Assembly (NCBI GenBank): GCA_964016885.1
Contig: OZ024742.1
Coordinates: forward strand, 63,054,001 to 63,118,000
Length of the DNA stretch: 64,000 bases
From: Eledone cirrhosa
Lineage: Eukaryota
Direction of reading: 5' to 3'
Positions 39,401 to 52,700 of this stretch are shown one piece after another (position 1 is the stretch's first letter; each line of letters opens with the position of its first letter). Under the pieces are notes generated by a model that searched no databases, was not told where the DNA came from, and saw only the letters and a program-made list of their open reading frames with translations. The position numbers and the translations under genes are program-made.

Positions 39401-42400
39401 TTCTCTTAACTTCTTACTACCTGTCTCTCTGTCAGTCTGTCATCTCTTAACTTCTTACTACCTGTCTCTCAGTCAGTCTGTCTTCTCTTAACTTCTTACT
39501 ACCTGTCTCTCAGTCAGTCTGTCATCTCTTAACTTTTTACTACTTGTCTCTCTTTCAGTCTCTCTTCTCTTAACTTCTTACTACCTGTCTCTCTGTCAGT
39601 CTTTCATCTCTTAACTTCTTACTACCTGTCTCTCTGTCAGTCTGTCTTCTCTTAACTTCTTACAACCTGTCTCACTGTCAGTCTGTCATCTCTTAACTTC
39701 TTACTACCTGTCTCTCTGTCAGTCTGTCTTCTATTAACTTCTTGCTACCTGTCTCTCTGTCAGTCTGTCATGTCTTAACTTCTTACTACCTGTCTCTCTG
39801 TCACTCTGTCATCTCTTAACTTCTTACTACCTGTCTCTCTGTCAGTCTGTCTTCTCTTAACTTCTTACTACATGTCTCTCTGTCAGTCTGTCTTCTCTTA
39901 ACTTCTTGCTACCTGTCTCTCTGTCAGTCTGTCTTCTATTAACTTCTTACTATCTGTCTCTCTGTCAGTCTGTCATGTCTTAACTTCTTACTACCTGTCT
40001 CTCTGTCAGTCTGTCATCTCTTAACTTCTTACTACCTGTCTCTCTGTCAGTCTGTCTTCTCTTAACTTCTTACTACATGTCTCTCTGTCAGTCTGTCTTC
40101 TCTTAACTTCTTACTACCTGTCTCTCTGTCAGTCTGTCATCTCTTAACTTCTTACTACCTGTCTCTCTGTCAGTCTGTCATCTCTTAACTTTTTACTATC
40201 TGTCTCTCATTCAGTCTCTCTTCTCTTAACTTCTTACTACCTGTCTCTCTGTCAGTCTGTCATCTCTTAACTTCTTACTACCTGTCTCTCTGTCAGTCTG
40301 TCATCTCTTAACTTCTAACTACCTGTCTCTCTGTCAGTTTGTCACCTCTTAACTTCTTACTACCTCTCTCTCAGTCAGTCTGTCTTCTCTTAACTTCTTA
40401 CTACCTGTCTCTCTGTCAGTCTGTCATCTCTTAACTTCTTACTACCTGTCTCTCAGTCAGTCTGTCATCTCTTAACTTTTTACTACTTGTCTCTCTTTCA
40501 GTCTCTCTTCTCTTAACTTCTTACTACCTGTCTCTCTGTCAGTCTGTCTTCTCTTAACTTCTTACTACATGTCTCTCTGTCAGTCTGTCTTCTCTTAACT
40601 TCTTGCTACCTGTCTCTCTGTCAGTCTGTCTTCTATTAACTTCTTACTATCTGTCTCTCTGTCAGTCTGTCATGTCTTAACCTCTTACTACCTGTCTCTC
40701 TGTCAGTCTGTCATCTCTTAACTTCTTACTACCTGTCTCTCTGTCAGTCTGTCTTCTCTTAACTTCTTACTACATGTCTCTCTGTCAGTCTGTCTTCTCT
40801 TAACTTCTTACTACCTGTCTCTCTGTCAGTCTGTCATCTCTTAACTTCTTACTACCTGTCTCTCTGTCAGTCTGTCATCTCTTAACTTGTTACTATCTGT
40901 CTCTCATTCAGTCTCTCTTCTCTTAACTTCTTACTACCTGTCTCTCTGTCAGTCTGTCATCTCTTAACTTCTTACTACCTGTCTCTCTGTCAGTCTGTCA
41001 TCTCTTAACTTCTAACTACCTGTCTCTCTGTCAGTTTGTCACCTCTTAACTTCTTACTACCTCTCTCTCAGTCAGTCTGTCTTCTCTTAACTTCTTACTA
41101 CCTGTCTCTCTGTCAGTCTGTCATCTCTTAACTTCTTACTACCTGTCTCTCAGTCAGTCTGTCATCTCTTAACTTTTTACTACTTGTCTCTCTTTCAGTC
41201 TCTCTTCTCTTAACTTCTTACTACCTGTCTCTCTGTCAGTCTGTCTTCTATTAACTTCTTGCTACCTGTCTCTCTGTCAGTCTGTCATGTCTTAACTTCT
41301 TACTACCTGTCTCTCAGTCAGTCTGTCTTCTCTTAACTTCTTACTACATGTCTCTCTGTCAGTCTGTCTTCTCTTAACTTCTTACTACCTGTCTCTCTGT
41401 CAGTCTGTCATCTCTTAACTTCTTACTACCTGTCTCTCAGTCAGTCTGTCATCTCTTAACTTTTTACTACTTGTCTCTCTTTCAGTCTCTCTTCTCTTAA
41501 CTTCTTACTACCTGTCTCTCTGTCAGTCTGTCTTCTATTAACTTCTTGCTACCTGTCTCTCTGTCAGTCTGTCATGTCTTAACTTCTTACTACCTGTCTC
41601 TCAGTCAGTCTGTCTTCTCTTAACTTCTTACTACCTGTCTCTCAGTCAGTCTGTCTTCTCTTAACTTCTTACTAGCTGTCTCTCAGTCAGTCTGTCTTCT
41701 CTTAACTTCTTACTACCTGTCTCTCTGTCAGTCTGTCATCTCTTTACTTCTTACTACCTGTCTCTCTGTCAGTCTGTCTTCTCTTAACTTCTTACTACCT
41801 GTCTCTCTGTCAGTCTGTCATCTCTTAACTTCTTACTACCTGTCTCTCAGTCAGTCTGTCTTCTCTTAACTTCTTACTACCTGTCTCTCAGTCAGTCTGT
41901 CTTCTCTTAACTTCTTACTACCTGTCTCTCTGTCAGTCAGTCATCTCTTAACTTCTTACTACATGTCTCTCTGTCAGTCTGTCTTCTCTTAACTTCTTAC
42001 TACCTGTCTCTCTGTCAGTCTGTCATCTCTTAACTTCTTACTACCTGTCTCTCAGTCAGTCTGTCATCTCTTAACTTTTTACTATTTGTCTCTCTTTCAG
42101 TCTCTCTTCTCTTAACTTCTTACTACCTGTCTCTCTGTCAGTCTTTCATCTCTTAACTTCTTACTACCTGTCTCTCTGTCAGTCTGTCTTCTCTTAACTT
42201 CTTACTACCTGTCTCACTGTCAGTCAGTCATCTCTTAACTTCTTACTACCTGTCTCTCTGTCAGTCTGTCAGCTCTTAACTTCTTACTACCTGTCTCTCT
42301 GTCAGTCTGTCTTCTATTAACTTCTTGCTACCTGTCTCTCTGTCAGTCTGTCATGTCTTAACTTCTTACTACCTGTCTCTCTGTCAGTCTGTCATCTCTT

Positions 42401-42499
42401 AACTTCTTACTACCTGTCTCTCTGTCAGTCTGTCTTCTCTTAACTTCTTACTACATGTCTCTCTGTCAGTCTGTCTTCTCTTAACTTCTTACTACCTGT

Positions 42500-45400
42500 C
42501 TCTCTGTCAGTCTGTCATCTCTTAACTTCTTACTACCTGTCTCTCTGTCAGTCTGTCTTCTCTTAACTTCTTACTACCTGTCTCTCTGTCAGTCTCTCTT
42601 CTCTTAACTTCTTACTACCTGTCTCTCAGTCAGTCTGTCATCTCTTAACTTTTTACTATCTGTCTATCATTCAGTCTCTCTTCTCTTAACTTCTTACTAC
42701 CTGTCTCTCTGTCAGTCTGTCATCTCTTAACTTCTTACTACCTGTCTCTCTGTCAGTCTGTCATCTCTTAACTTCTAACTACCTGTCTCTCTGTCAGTTT
42801 GTCATCTCTTAACTTCTTACTACCTCTCTCTCAGTCAGTCTGTCTTCTCTTAACTTCTTACTACCTGTCTCTCTGTCAGTCTGTCATCTCTTAACTTCTT
42901 ACTACCTGTCTCTCAGTCAGTCTGTCTTCTCTTAACTTCTTACTACCTGTCTCTCAGTCAGTCTGTCTTCTCTTAACTTCTTACTAGCTGCCTCTCTGTC
43001 AGTCTGTCATCTCTTAACTTCTTACTACCTGTCTCTCTGTCAGTCTGTCTTCTCTTAACTTCTTACTACCTGTCTCTCTGTCAGTCTGTCTTCTCTTAAC
43101 TTCTTACTACCTGTCCCTCTGTCAGTCTGTCATCTCTTAACTTCTTACTATCTGTCTCTCAGTCAGTCTGTCTTCTCTTAACTTCTTACTACCTGTCTCT
43201 CTGTCAGTCTGTCATCTCTTAACTTCTTACTACCTGTCTCTCAGTCAGTCTGTCATCTCTTAACTTTTTACTACTTGTCTCTCTTTCAGTCTCTCTTCTC
43301 TTAACTTCTTACTACCTGTCTCTCTGTCAGTCTTTCATCTCTTAACTTCTTACTACCTGTCTCTCTGTCAGTCTGTCTTCTCTTAACTTCTTACAACCTG
43401 TCTCACTGTCAGTCTGTCATCTCTTAACTTCTTACTACCTGTCTCTCTGTCAGTCTGTCTTCTATTAACTTCTTGCTACCTGTCTCTCTGTCAGTCTGTC
43501 ATGTCTTAACTTCTTACTACCTGTCTCTCTGTCAGTCTGTCATCTCTTAACTTCTTACTACCTGTCTCTCTGTCAGTCTGTCTTCTCTTAACTTCTTACT
43601 ACATGTCTCTCTGTCAGTCTGTCATCTCTTAACTTCTTACTACCTGTCTCTCAGTCAGTCTGTCATCTCTTAACTTTTTACTACTTGTCTCTCTTTCAGT
43701 CTGTCTTCTCTTAACTTCTTACTACCTGTCTCTCTGTCAGTCTGTCATCTCTTAACTTCTTACTATCTGTCTCTCTGTCAGTCTGTCTTCTCTTAACTTC
43801 TTAATACATGTCTCTCTATCAGTCTGTCTTCTCTTAACTTCTTACTACCTCTCTCTCAGTCAGTCTGTCTTCTCTTAACTTCTTACTACATGTCTCTCTG
43901 TCAGACTGTCTTCTCTTAACTTCTTACTATCTGTCTCTCTGTCAGTCTCTCATCTCTTAACTTTTTACTATTTGTCTATCTTTCAGTCTCTCTTCTCTTA
44001 ACTTCTTACTACCTGTCTCTCTGTCAGTCTTTCATCTCTTAACTTCTTACTACCTGTCTCTCTGTCAGTCTGTCTTCTCTTAACTTCTTACTACCTGTCT
44101 CACTGTCAGTCAGTCATCTCTTAACTTCTTACTACCTGTCTCTCTGTCAGTCTGTCAGCTTTTAACTTCTTACTACCTGTCTCTCTGTCAGTCTGTCTTC
44201 TATTAACTTCTTGCTACCTGTCTCTCTGTCAGTCTGTCATGTCTTAACTTCTTACTACCTGTCTCTCTGTCAGTCTGTCATCTCTTAACTTCTTACTACC
44301 TGTCTCTCTGTCAGTCTGTGTTCTCTTAACTCCTTACTACCTGCCTCTCTGTCAGTCTGTCATCTCTTAACTTCTTACTAACTGTCTCTCTGTCAGTCTG
44401 TCTTCTCTTAACTTCTTACTACCTGTCTCTCAGTCAGTCTGTCATCTCTTAACTTTTTACTACTTGTCTCTCTTTCAGTCTCTCTTCTCTTAACTTCTTA
44501 CTACCTGTCTCTCTGTCAGTCTTTCATCTCTTAACTTCTTACTACCTGTCTCTCTGTCAGTCTGTCATCTCTTAACTTCTTACTACCTGTCTCTCTGTCA
44601 GTCTGTCATCTCTTAACTACTTACTATCTGTCTCTCTGTCAGTCTGTGTTCTCTTAACTCCTTACTACCTGTCTCTCTGTCAGTCTGTCATCTCCTAACT
44701 TCTTGCTACATGTCTCTCTGTCAGTCTCTCTTCTCTTAAATTCTTACTACCTGTCTCTCTGTCAGTCTGTCATCTCTTAACTTCTTACTACCTGTCTCTC
44801 TGTCAGTCTGTCTTCTCTTAACTTCTTACTACCTGTCTCTCTGTCAGTCTCTCTTCTCTTAACTTCTTACTACCTGTCTCTCAGTCAGTCTGTCATCTCT
44901 TAACTTTTTACTATCTGTCTATCATTCAGTCTCTCTTCTCTTAACTTCTTACTACCTGTCTCTCTGTCAGTCTGTCATCTCTTAACTTCTTACTACCTGT
45001 CTCTCTGTCAGTCTGTCATCTCTTAACTTCTAACTACCTGTCTCTCTGTCAGTTTGTCATCTCTTAACTTCTTACTACCTCTCTCTCAGTCAGTCTGTCT
45101 TCTCTTAACTTCTTACTACCTGTCTCTCTGTCAGTCTGTCATCTCTTAACTTCTTACTACCTGTCTCTCAGTCAGTCTGTCTTCTCTTAACTTCTTACTA
45201 CCTGTCTCTCAGTCAGTCTGTCTTCTCTTAACTTCTTACTAGCTGCCTCTCTGTCAGTCTGTCATCTCTTAACTTCTTACTACCTGTCTCTCTGTCAGTC
45301 TGTCTTCTCTTAACTTCTTACTACCTGTCTCTCTGTCAGTCTGTCTTCTCTTAACTTCTTACTACCTGTCCCTCTGTCAGTCTGTCATCTCTTAACTTCT

Positions 45401-45965
45401 TACTACCTGTCTCTCAGTCAGTCTGTCTTCTCTTAACTTCTTACTACCTGTCTCTCTGTCAGTCTGTCATCTCTTAACTTCTTACTACCTGTCTCTCAGT
45501 CAGTCTGTCATCTCTTAACTTTTTACTACTTGTCTCTCTTTCAGTCTCTCTTCTCTTAACTTCTTACTACCTGTCTCTCTGTCAGTCTTTCATCTCTTAA
45601 CTTCTTACTACCTGTCTCTCTGTCAGTCTGTCTTCTCTTAACTTCTTACAACCTGTCTCACTGTCAGTCTGTCATCTCTTAACTTCTTACTACCTGTCTC
45701 TCTGTCAGTCTGTCTTCTATTAACTTCTTGCTACCTGTCTCTCTGTCAGTCTGTCATGTCTTAACTTCTTACTACCTGTCTCTCTGTCAGTCTGTCATCT
45801 CTTAACTTCTTACTACCTGTCTCTCTGTCAGTCTGTCTTCTCTTAACTTCTTACTACATGTCTCTCTGTCAGTCTGTCATCTCTTAACTTCTTACTACCT
45901 GTCTCTCAGTCAGTCTGTCATCTCTTAACTTTTTACTACTTGTCTCTCTTTCAGTCTGTCTTCTC
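42500..45965. repeat. Higher-order duplication at a 55-monomer (2,255 bp) offset
   Basis: Private variant CTGTCCCTCT at 43111 and 45366 (2,255 = 55x41). TCTATCATTCAG and TAGCTGCC recur at the same offset. Confidence 0.85.
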
Positions 45966-46739
45966 TTAACTTTTTACTACTTGTCTCTCTTTCAGTCTGT
46001 CTTCTCTTAACTTCTTACTACCTGTCTCTCTGTCAGTCTGTCATCTCTTAACTTCTTACTACCTGTCTCTCTGTCAGTCTGTCTTCTCTTAACTTCTTAC
46101 TACATGTCTCTCTGTCAGTCTGTCTTCTCTTAACTCCTTACTACCTGTCTCTCTGTCAGTCTGTCATCTCTTAACTTCTTACTACCTGTCTCTCTGTCAG
46201 TCTGTCATCTCTTAACTTTTTACTATCTGTCTCTCATTCAGTCTCTCTTCTCTTAACTTCTTACTACCTGTCTCTCTGTCAGTCTGTCATCTCTTAACTT
46301 CTTACTACCTGTCTCTCAGTCAGTCTGTCATCTCTTAACTTCTAACTACCTGTCTCTCTGTCAGTTTGTCATCTCTTAACTTCTTACTACCTCTCTCTCA
46401 GTCAGTCTGTCTTCTCTTAACTTCTTACTACCTGTCTCTCTGTCAGTCTGTCTTCGCTTAACTTCTTACAACCTGTCTCACTGTCAGTCTGTCATCTCTT
46501 AACTTCTTACTACCTGTCTCTCTGTCAGTCTGTCATCTCTTAACTTCTTACTACCTGTCTCTCTGTCAGTCTGTCTTCTATTAACTTCTTGCTACCTGTC
46601 TCTCTGTCAGTCTGTCATGTCTTAACTTCTTACTACCTGTCTCTCTGTCAGTCTGTCATCTCTTAACTTCTTACTACCTGTCTCTCTGTCAGTCTGTGTT
46701 CTCTTAACTCCTTACTACCTGCCTCTCTGTCAGTCTGTC

Positions 46740-49700
46740 ATCTCTTAACTTCTTACTAACTGTCTCTCTGTCAGTCTGTCTTCTCTTAACTTCTTACTAC
46801 CTGTCTCTCAGTCAGTCTGTCATCTCTTAACTTTTTACTACTTGTCTCTCTTTCAGTCTCTCTTCTCTTGACTTCTTACTACCTGTCTCTCTGTCAGTCT
46901 TTCATCTCTTAACTTCTTACTACCTGTCTCTCTGTCAGTCTGTCATCTCTTAACTTCTTACTACCTGTCTCTCTGTCAGTCTGTCATCTCTTAACTACTT
47001 ACTATCTGTCTCTCTGTCAGTCTGTGTTCTCTTAACTCCTTACTACCTGTCTCTCTGTCAGTCTGTCATCTCCTAACTTCTTGATACATGTCTCTCTGTC
47101 AGTCTCTCTTCTCTTAACTTCTTACTACCTGTCTCTCTGTCAGTCTGTCATCTCTTAACTTCTTACTACCTGTCTCTCTGTCAGTCTGTCTTCTCTTAAC
47201 TTCTTACTACCTGTCTCTCAGTCAGTCTGTCTTCTCTTAACTTCTTACTACCTGTCTCTCAGTCAGTCTGTCTTCTCTTAACTTCTTACTAGCTGCCTCT
47301 CTGTCAGTCTGTCATCTCTTAACTTCTTACTACCTGTCTCTCTGTCAGTCTGTCTTCTCTTAACTTCTTACTACCTGTCTCTCTGTCAGTCTGTCTTCTC
47401 TTAACTTCTTACTACCTGTCTCTCTGTCAGTCTGTCATCTCTTAACTTCTTACTACCTGTCTCTCAGTCAGTCTGTCTTCTCTTAACTTCTTACTACCTG
47501 TCTCTCTGTCAGTCTGTCATCTCTTAACTTCTTACTACCTGTCTCTCAGTCAGTCTGTCATCTCTTAACTTTTTACTACTTGTCTCTCTTTCAGTCTCTC
47601 TTCTCTTAACTTCTTACTACCTGTCTCTCTGTCAGTCTTTCATCTCTTAACTTCTTACTACCTGTCTCTCTGTCAGTCTGTCTTCTCTTAACTTCTTACA
47701 ACCTGTCTCACTGTCAGTCTGTCATCTCTTAACTTCTTACTACCTGTCTCTCTGTCAGTCTGTCTTCTATTAACTTCTTGCTACCTGTCTCTCTGTCAGT
47801 CTGTCATGTCTTAACTTCTTACTACCTGTCTCTCTGTCAGTCTGTCATCTCTTAACTTCTTACTACCTGTCTCTCTGTCAGTCTGTCTTCTCTTAACTTC
47901 TTACTACATGTCTCTCTGTCAGTCTGTCTTCTCTTAACTTCTTGCTACCTGTCTCTCTGTCAGTCTGTCTTCTATTAACTTCTTACTATCTGTCTCTCTG
48001 TCAGTCTGTCATGTCTTAACTTCTTACTACCTGTCTCTCTGTCAGTCTGTCATCTCTTAACTTCTTACTACCTGTCTCTCTGTCAGTCTGTCTTCTCTTA
48101 ACTTCTTACTACATGTCTCTCTGTCAGTCTGTCTTCTCTTAACTTCTTACTACCTGTCTCTCTGTCAGTCTGTCATCTCTTAACTTCTTACTACCTGTCT
48201 CTCTGTCAGTCTGTCATCTCTTAACTTTTTACTATCTGTCTCTCATTCAGTCTCTCTTCTCTTAACTTCTTACTACCTGTCTCTCTGTCAGTCTGTCATC
48301 TCTTAACTTCTTACTACCTGTCTCTCTGTGAGTCTGTCATCTCTTAACTTCTAACTACCTGTCTCTCTGTCAGTTTGTCACCTCTTAACTTCTTACTACC
48401 TCTCTCTCAGTCAGTCTGTCTTCTCTTAACTTCTTACTACCTGTCTCTCTGTCAGTCTGTCATCTCTTAACTTCTTACTACCTGTCTCTCAGTCAGTCTG
48501 TCATCTCTTAACTTTTTACTACTTGTCTCTCTTTCAGTCTCTCTTCTCTTAACTTCTTACTACCTGTCTCTCTGTCAGTCTGTCTTCTCTTAACTTCTTA
48601 CTACATGTCTCTCTGTCAGTCTGTCTTCTCTTAACTTCTTGCTACCTGTCTCTCTGTCAGTCTGTCTTCTATTAACTTCGTACTATCTGTCTCTCTGTCA
48701 GTCTGTCATGTCTTAACTTCTTACTACCTGTCTCTCTGTCAGTCTGTCATCTCTTAACTTCTTACTACCTGTCTCTCTGTCAGTCTGTCTTCTCTTAACT
48801 TCTTACTACATGTCTCTCTGTCAGTCTGTCTTCTCTTAACTTCTTACTACCTGTCTCTCTGTCAGTCTGTCATCTCTTAACTTCTTACTACCTGTCTCTC
48901 TGTCAGTCTGTCATCTCTTAACTTTTTACTATCTGTCTCTCATTCAGTCTCTCTTCTCTTAACTTCTTACTACCTGTCTCTCTGTCAGTCTGTCATCTCT
49001 TAACTTCTTACTACCTGTCTCTCTGTCAGTCTGTCATCTCTTAACTTCTAACTACCTGTCTCTCTGTCAGTTTGTCACCTCTTAACTTCTTACTACCTCT
49101 CTCTCAGTCAGTCTGTCTTCTCTTAACTTCTTACTAACTGTCTCTCTGTCAGTCTGTCTTCTCTTAACTTCTTACTACCTGTCTCTCAGTCAGTCTGTCA
49201 TCTCTTAACTTTTTACTACTTGTCTCTCTTTCAGTCTCTCTTCTCTTGACTTCTTACTACCTGTCTCTCTGTCAGTCTTTCATCTCTTAACTTCTTACTA
49301 CCTGTCTCTCTGTCAGTCTGTCATCTCTTAACTTCTTACTACCTGTCTCTCTGTCAGTCTGTCATCTCTTAACTACTTACTATCTGTCTCTCTGTCAGTC
49401 TGTGTTCTCTTAACTCCTTACTACCTGTCTCTCTGTCAGTCTGTCATCTCCTAACTTCTTGATACATGTCTCTCTGTCAGTCTCTCTTCTCTTAACTTCT
49501 TACTACCTGTCTCTCTGTCAGTCTGTCATCTCTTAACTTCTTACTACCTGTCTCTCTGTCAGTCTGTCTTCTCTTAACTTCTTACTACCTGTCTCTCTGT
49601 CAGTCTGTCATCTCTTAACTTCTTACTACCTGTCTCTCAGTCAGTCTGTCTTCTCTTAACTTCTTACTACCTGTCTCTCAGTCAGTCTGTCTTCGCTTAA

Positions 49701-52700
49701 CTTCTTACTAGCTGCCTCTCTGTCAGTCTGTCATCTCTTAACTTCTTACTACCTGTCTCTCTGTCAGTCTGTCTTCTCTTAACTTCTTACTACCTGTCTC
49801 TCTGTCAGTCTGTCTTCTCTTAACTTCTTACTACCTGTCTCTCTGTCAGTCTGTCATCTCTTAACTTCTTACTACCTGTCTCTCAGTCAGTCTGTCTTCT
49901 CTTAACTTCTTACTACCTGTCTCTCTGTCAGTCTGTCATCTCTTAACTTCTTACTACCTGTCTCTCAGTCAGTCTGTCATCTCTTAACTTTTTACTACTT
50001 GTCTCTCTTTCAGTCTCTCTTCTCTTAACTTCTTACTACCTGTCTCTCTGTCAGTCTTTCATCTCTTAACTTCTTACTACCTGTCTCTCTGTCAGTCTGT
50101 CTTCTCTTAACTTCTTACAACCTGTCTCACTGTCAGTCTGTCATCTCTTAACTTCTTACTACCTGTCTCTCTGTCAGTCTGTCTTCTATTAACTTCTTGC
50201 TACCTGTCTCTCTGTCAGTCTGTCATGTCTTAACTTCTTACTACCTGTCTCTCTGTCAGTCTGTCATCTCTTAACTTCTTACTACCTGTCTCTCTGTCAG
50301 TCTGTCTTCTCTTAACTTCTTACTACATGTCTCTCTGTCAGTCTGTCTTCTCTTAACTTCTTGCTACCTGTCTCTCTGTCAGTCTGTCTTCTATTAACTT
50401 CTTACTATCTGTCTCTCTGTCAGTCTGTCATGTCTTAACTTCTTACTACCTGTCTCTCTGTCAGTCTGTCATCTCTTAACTTCTTACTACCTGTCTCTCT
50501 GTCAGTCTGTCTTCTCTTAACTTCTTACTACATGTCTCTCTGTCAGTCTGTCTTCTCTTAACTTCTTACTACCTGTCTCTCTGTCAGTCTGTCATCTCTT
50601 AACTTCTTACTACCTGTCTCTCTGTCAGTCTGTCATCTCTTAACTTTTTACTATCTGTCTCTCATTCAGTCTCTCTTCTCTTAACTTCTTACTACCTGTC
50701 TCTCTGTCAGTCTGTCATCTCTTAACTTCTTACTACCTGTCTCTCTGTCAGTCTGTCATCTCTTAACTTCTAACTACCTGTCTCTCTGTCAGTTTGTCAC
50801 CTCTTAACTTCTTACTACCTCTCTCTCAGTCAGTCTGTCTTCTCTTAACTTCTTACTACCTGTCTCTCTGTCAGTCTGTCATCTCTTAACTTCTTACTAC
50901 CTGTCTCTCAGTCAGTCTGTCATCTCTTAACTTTTTACTACTTGTCTCTCTTTCAGTCTCTCTTCTCTTAACTTCTTACTACCTGTCTCTCTGTCAGTCT
51001 GTCTTCTCTTAACTTCTTACTACATGTCTCTCTGTCAGTCTGTCTTCTCTTAACTTCTTGCTACCTGTCTCTCTGTCAGTCTGTCTTCTATTAACTTCTT
51101 ACTATCTGTCTCTCTGTCAGTCTGTCATGTCTTAACTTCTTACTACCTGTCTCTCTGTCAGTCTGTCATCTCTTAACTTTTTACTACTTGTCTCTCTTTC
51201 AGTCTCTCTTCTCTTAACTTCTTACTACCTGTCTCTCTGTCAGTCTTTCATCTCTTAACTTCTTACTACCTGTCTCTCTGTCAGTCTGTCTTCTCTTAAC
51301 TTCTTACAACCTGTCTCACTGTCAGTCTGTCATCTCTTAACTTCTTACTACCTGTCTCTCTGTCAGTCTGTCTTCTATTAACTTCTTGCTACCTGTCTCT
51401 CTGTCAGTCTGTCATGTCTTAACTTCTTACTACCTGTCTCTCTGTCAGTCTGTCATCTCTTAACTTCTTACTACCTGTCTCTCTGTCAGTCTGTCTTCTC
51501 TTAACTTCTTACTACATGTCTCTCTGTCAGTCTGTCTTCTCTTAACTTCTTGCTACCTGTCTCTCTGTCAGTCTGTCTTCTATTAACTTCTTACTATCTG
51601 TCTCTCTGTCAGTCTGTCATGTCTTAACTTCTTACTACCTGTCTCTCTGTCAGTCTGTCATCTCTTAACTTCTTACTACCTGTCTCTCTGTCAGTCTGTC
51701 TTCTCTTAACTTCTTACTACATGTCTCTCTGTCAGTCTGTCTTCTCTTAACTTCTTACTACCTGTCTCTCTGTCAGTCTGTCATCTCTTAACTTCTTACT
51801 ACCTGTCTCTCTGTCAGTCTGTCATCTCTTAACTTTTTACTATCTGTCTCTCATTCAGTCTCTCTTCTCTTAACTTCTTACTACCTGTCTCTCTGTCAGT
51901 CTGTCATCTCTTAACTTCTTACTACCTGTCTCTCTGTCAGTCTGTCATCTCTTAACTTCTAACTACCTGTCTCTCTGTCAGTTTGTCACCTCTTAACTTC
52001 TTACTACCTCTCTCTCAGTCAGTCTGTCTTCTCTTAACTTCTTACTACCTGTCTCTCTGTCAGTCTGTCATCTCTTAACTTCTTACTACCTGTCTCTCAG
52101 TCAGTCTGTCATCTCTTAACTTTTTACTACTTGTCTCTCTTTCAGTCTCTCTTCTCTTAACTTCTTACTACCTGTCTCTCTGTCAGTCTGTCTTCTCTTA
52201 ACTTCTTACTACATGTCTCTCTGTCAGTCTGTCTTCTCTTAACTTCTTGCTACCTGTCTCTCTGTCAGTCTGTCTTCTATTAACTTCTTACTATCTGTCT
52301 CTCTGTCAGTCTGTCATGTCTTAACTTCTTACTACCTGTCTCTCTGTCAGTCTGTCATCTCTTAACTTCTTACTACCTGTCTCTCTGTCAGTCTGTCTTC
52401 TCTTAACTTCTTACTACATGTCTCTCTGTCAGTCTGTCTTCTCTTAACTTCTTACTACCTGTCTCTCTGTCAGTCTGTCATCTCTTAACTTCTTACTACC
52501 TGTCTCTCTGTCAGTCTGTCATCTCTTAACTTTTTACTATCTGTCTCTCATTCAGTCTCTCTTCTCTTAACTTCTTACTACCTGTCTCTCTGTCAGTCTG
52601 TCATCTCTTAACTTCTTACTACCTGTCTCTCTGTCAGTCTGTCATCTCTTAACTTCTAACTACCTGTCTCTCTGTCAGTTTGTCACCTCTTAACTTTTTA
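46740..52700. repeat. Higher-order region with 58/59-, 29- and 17-monomer periods; homologous to ~38.8-41.2 kb at a 196-monomer offset
   Basis: CTTGATACATG G at 39047, 47083 and 49461 (196 and 58 monomers). TTTGTCACCTC A at 40344, 41041, 48380, 49077, 50799, 51988 and 52685 (spacings of 17, 59 and 29 monomers). Confidence 0.85.
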
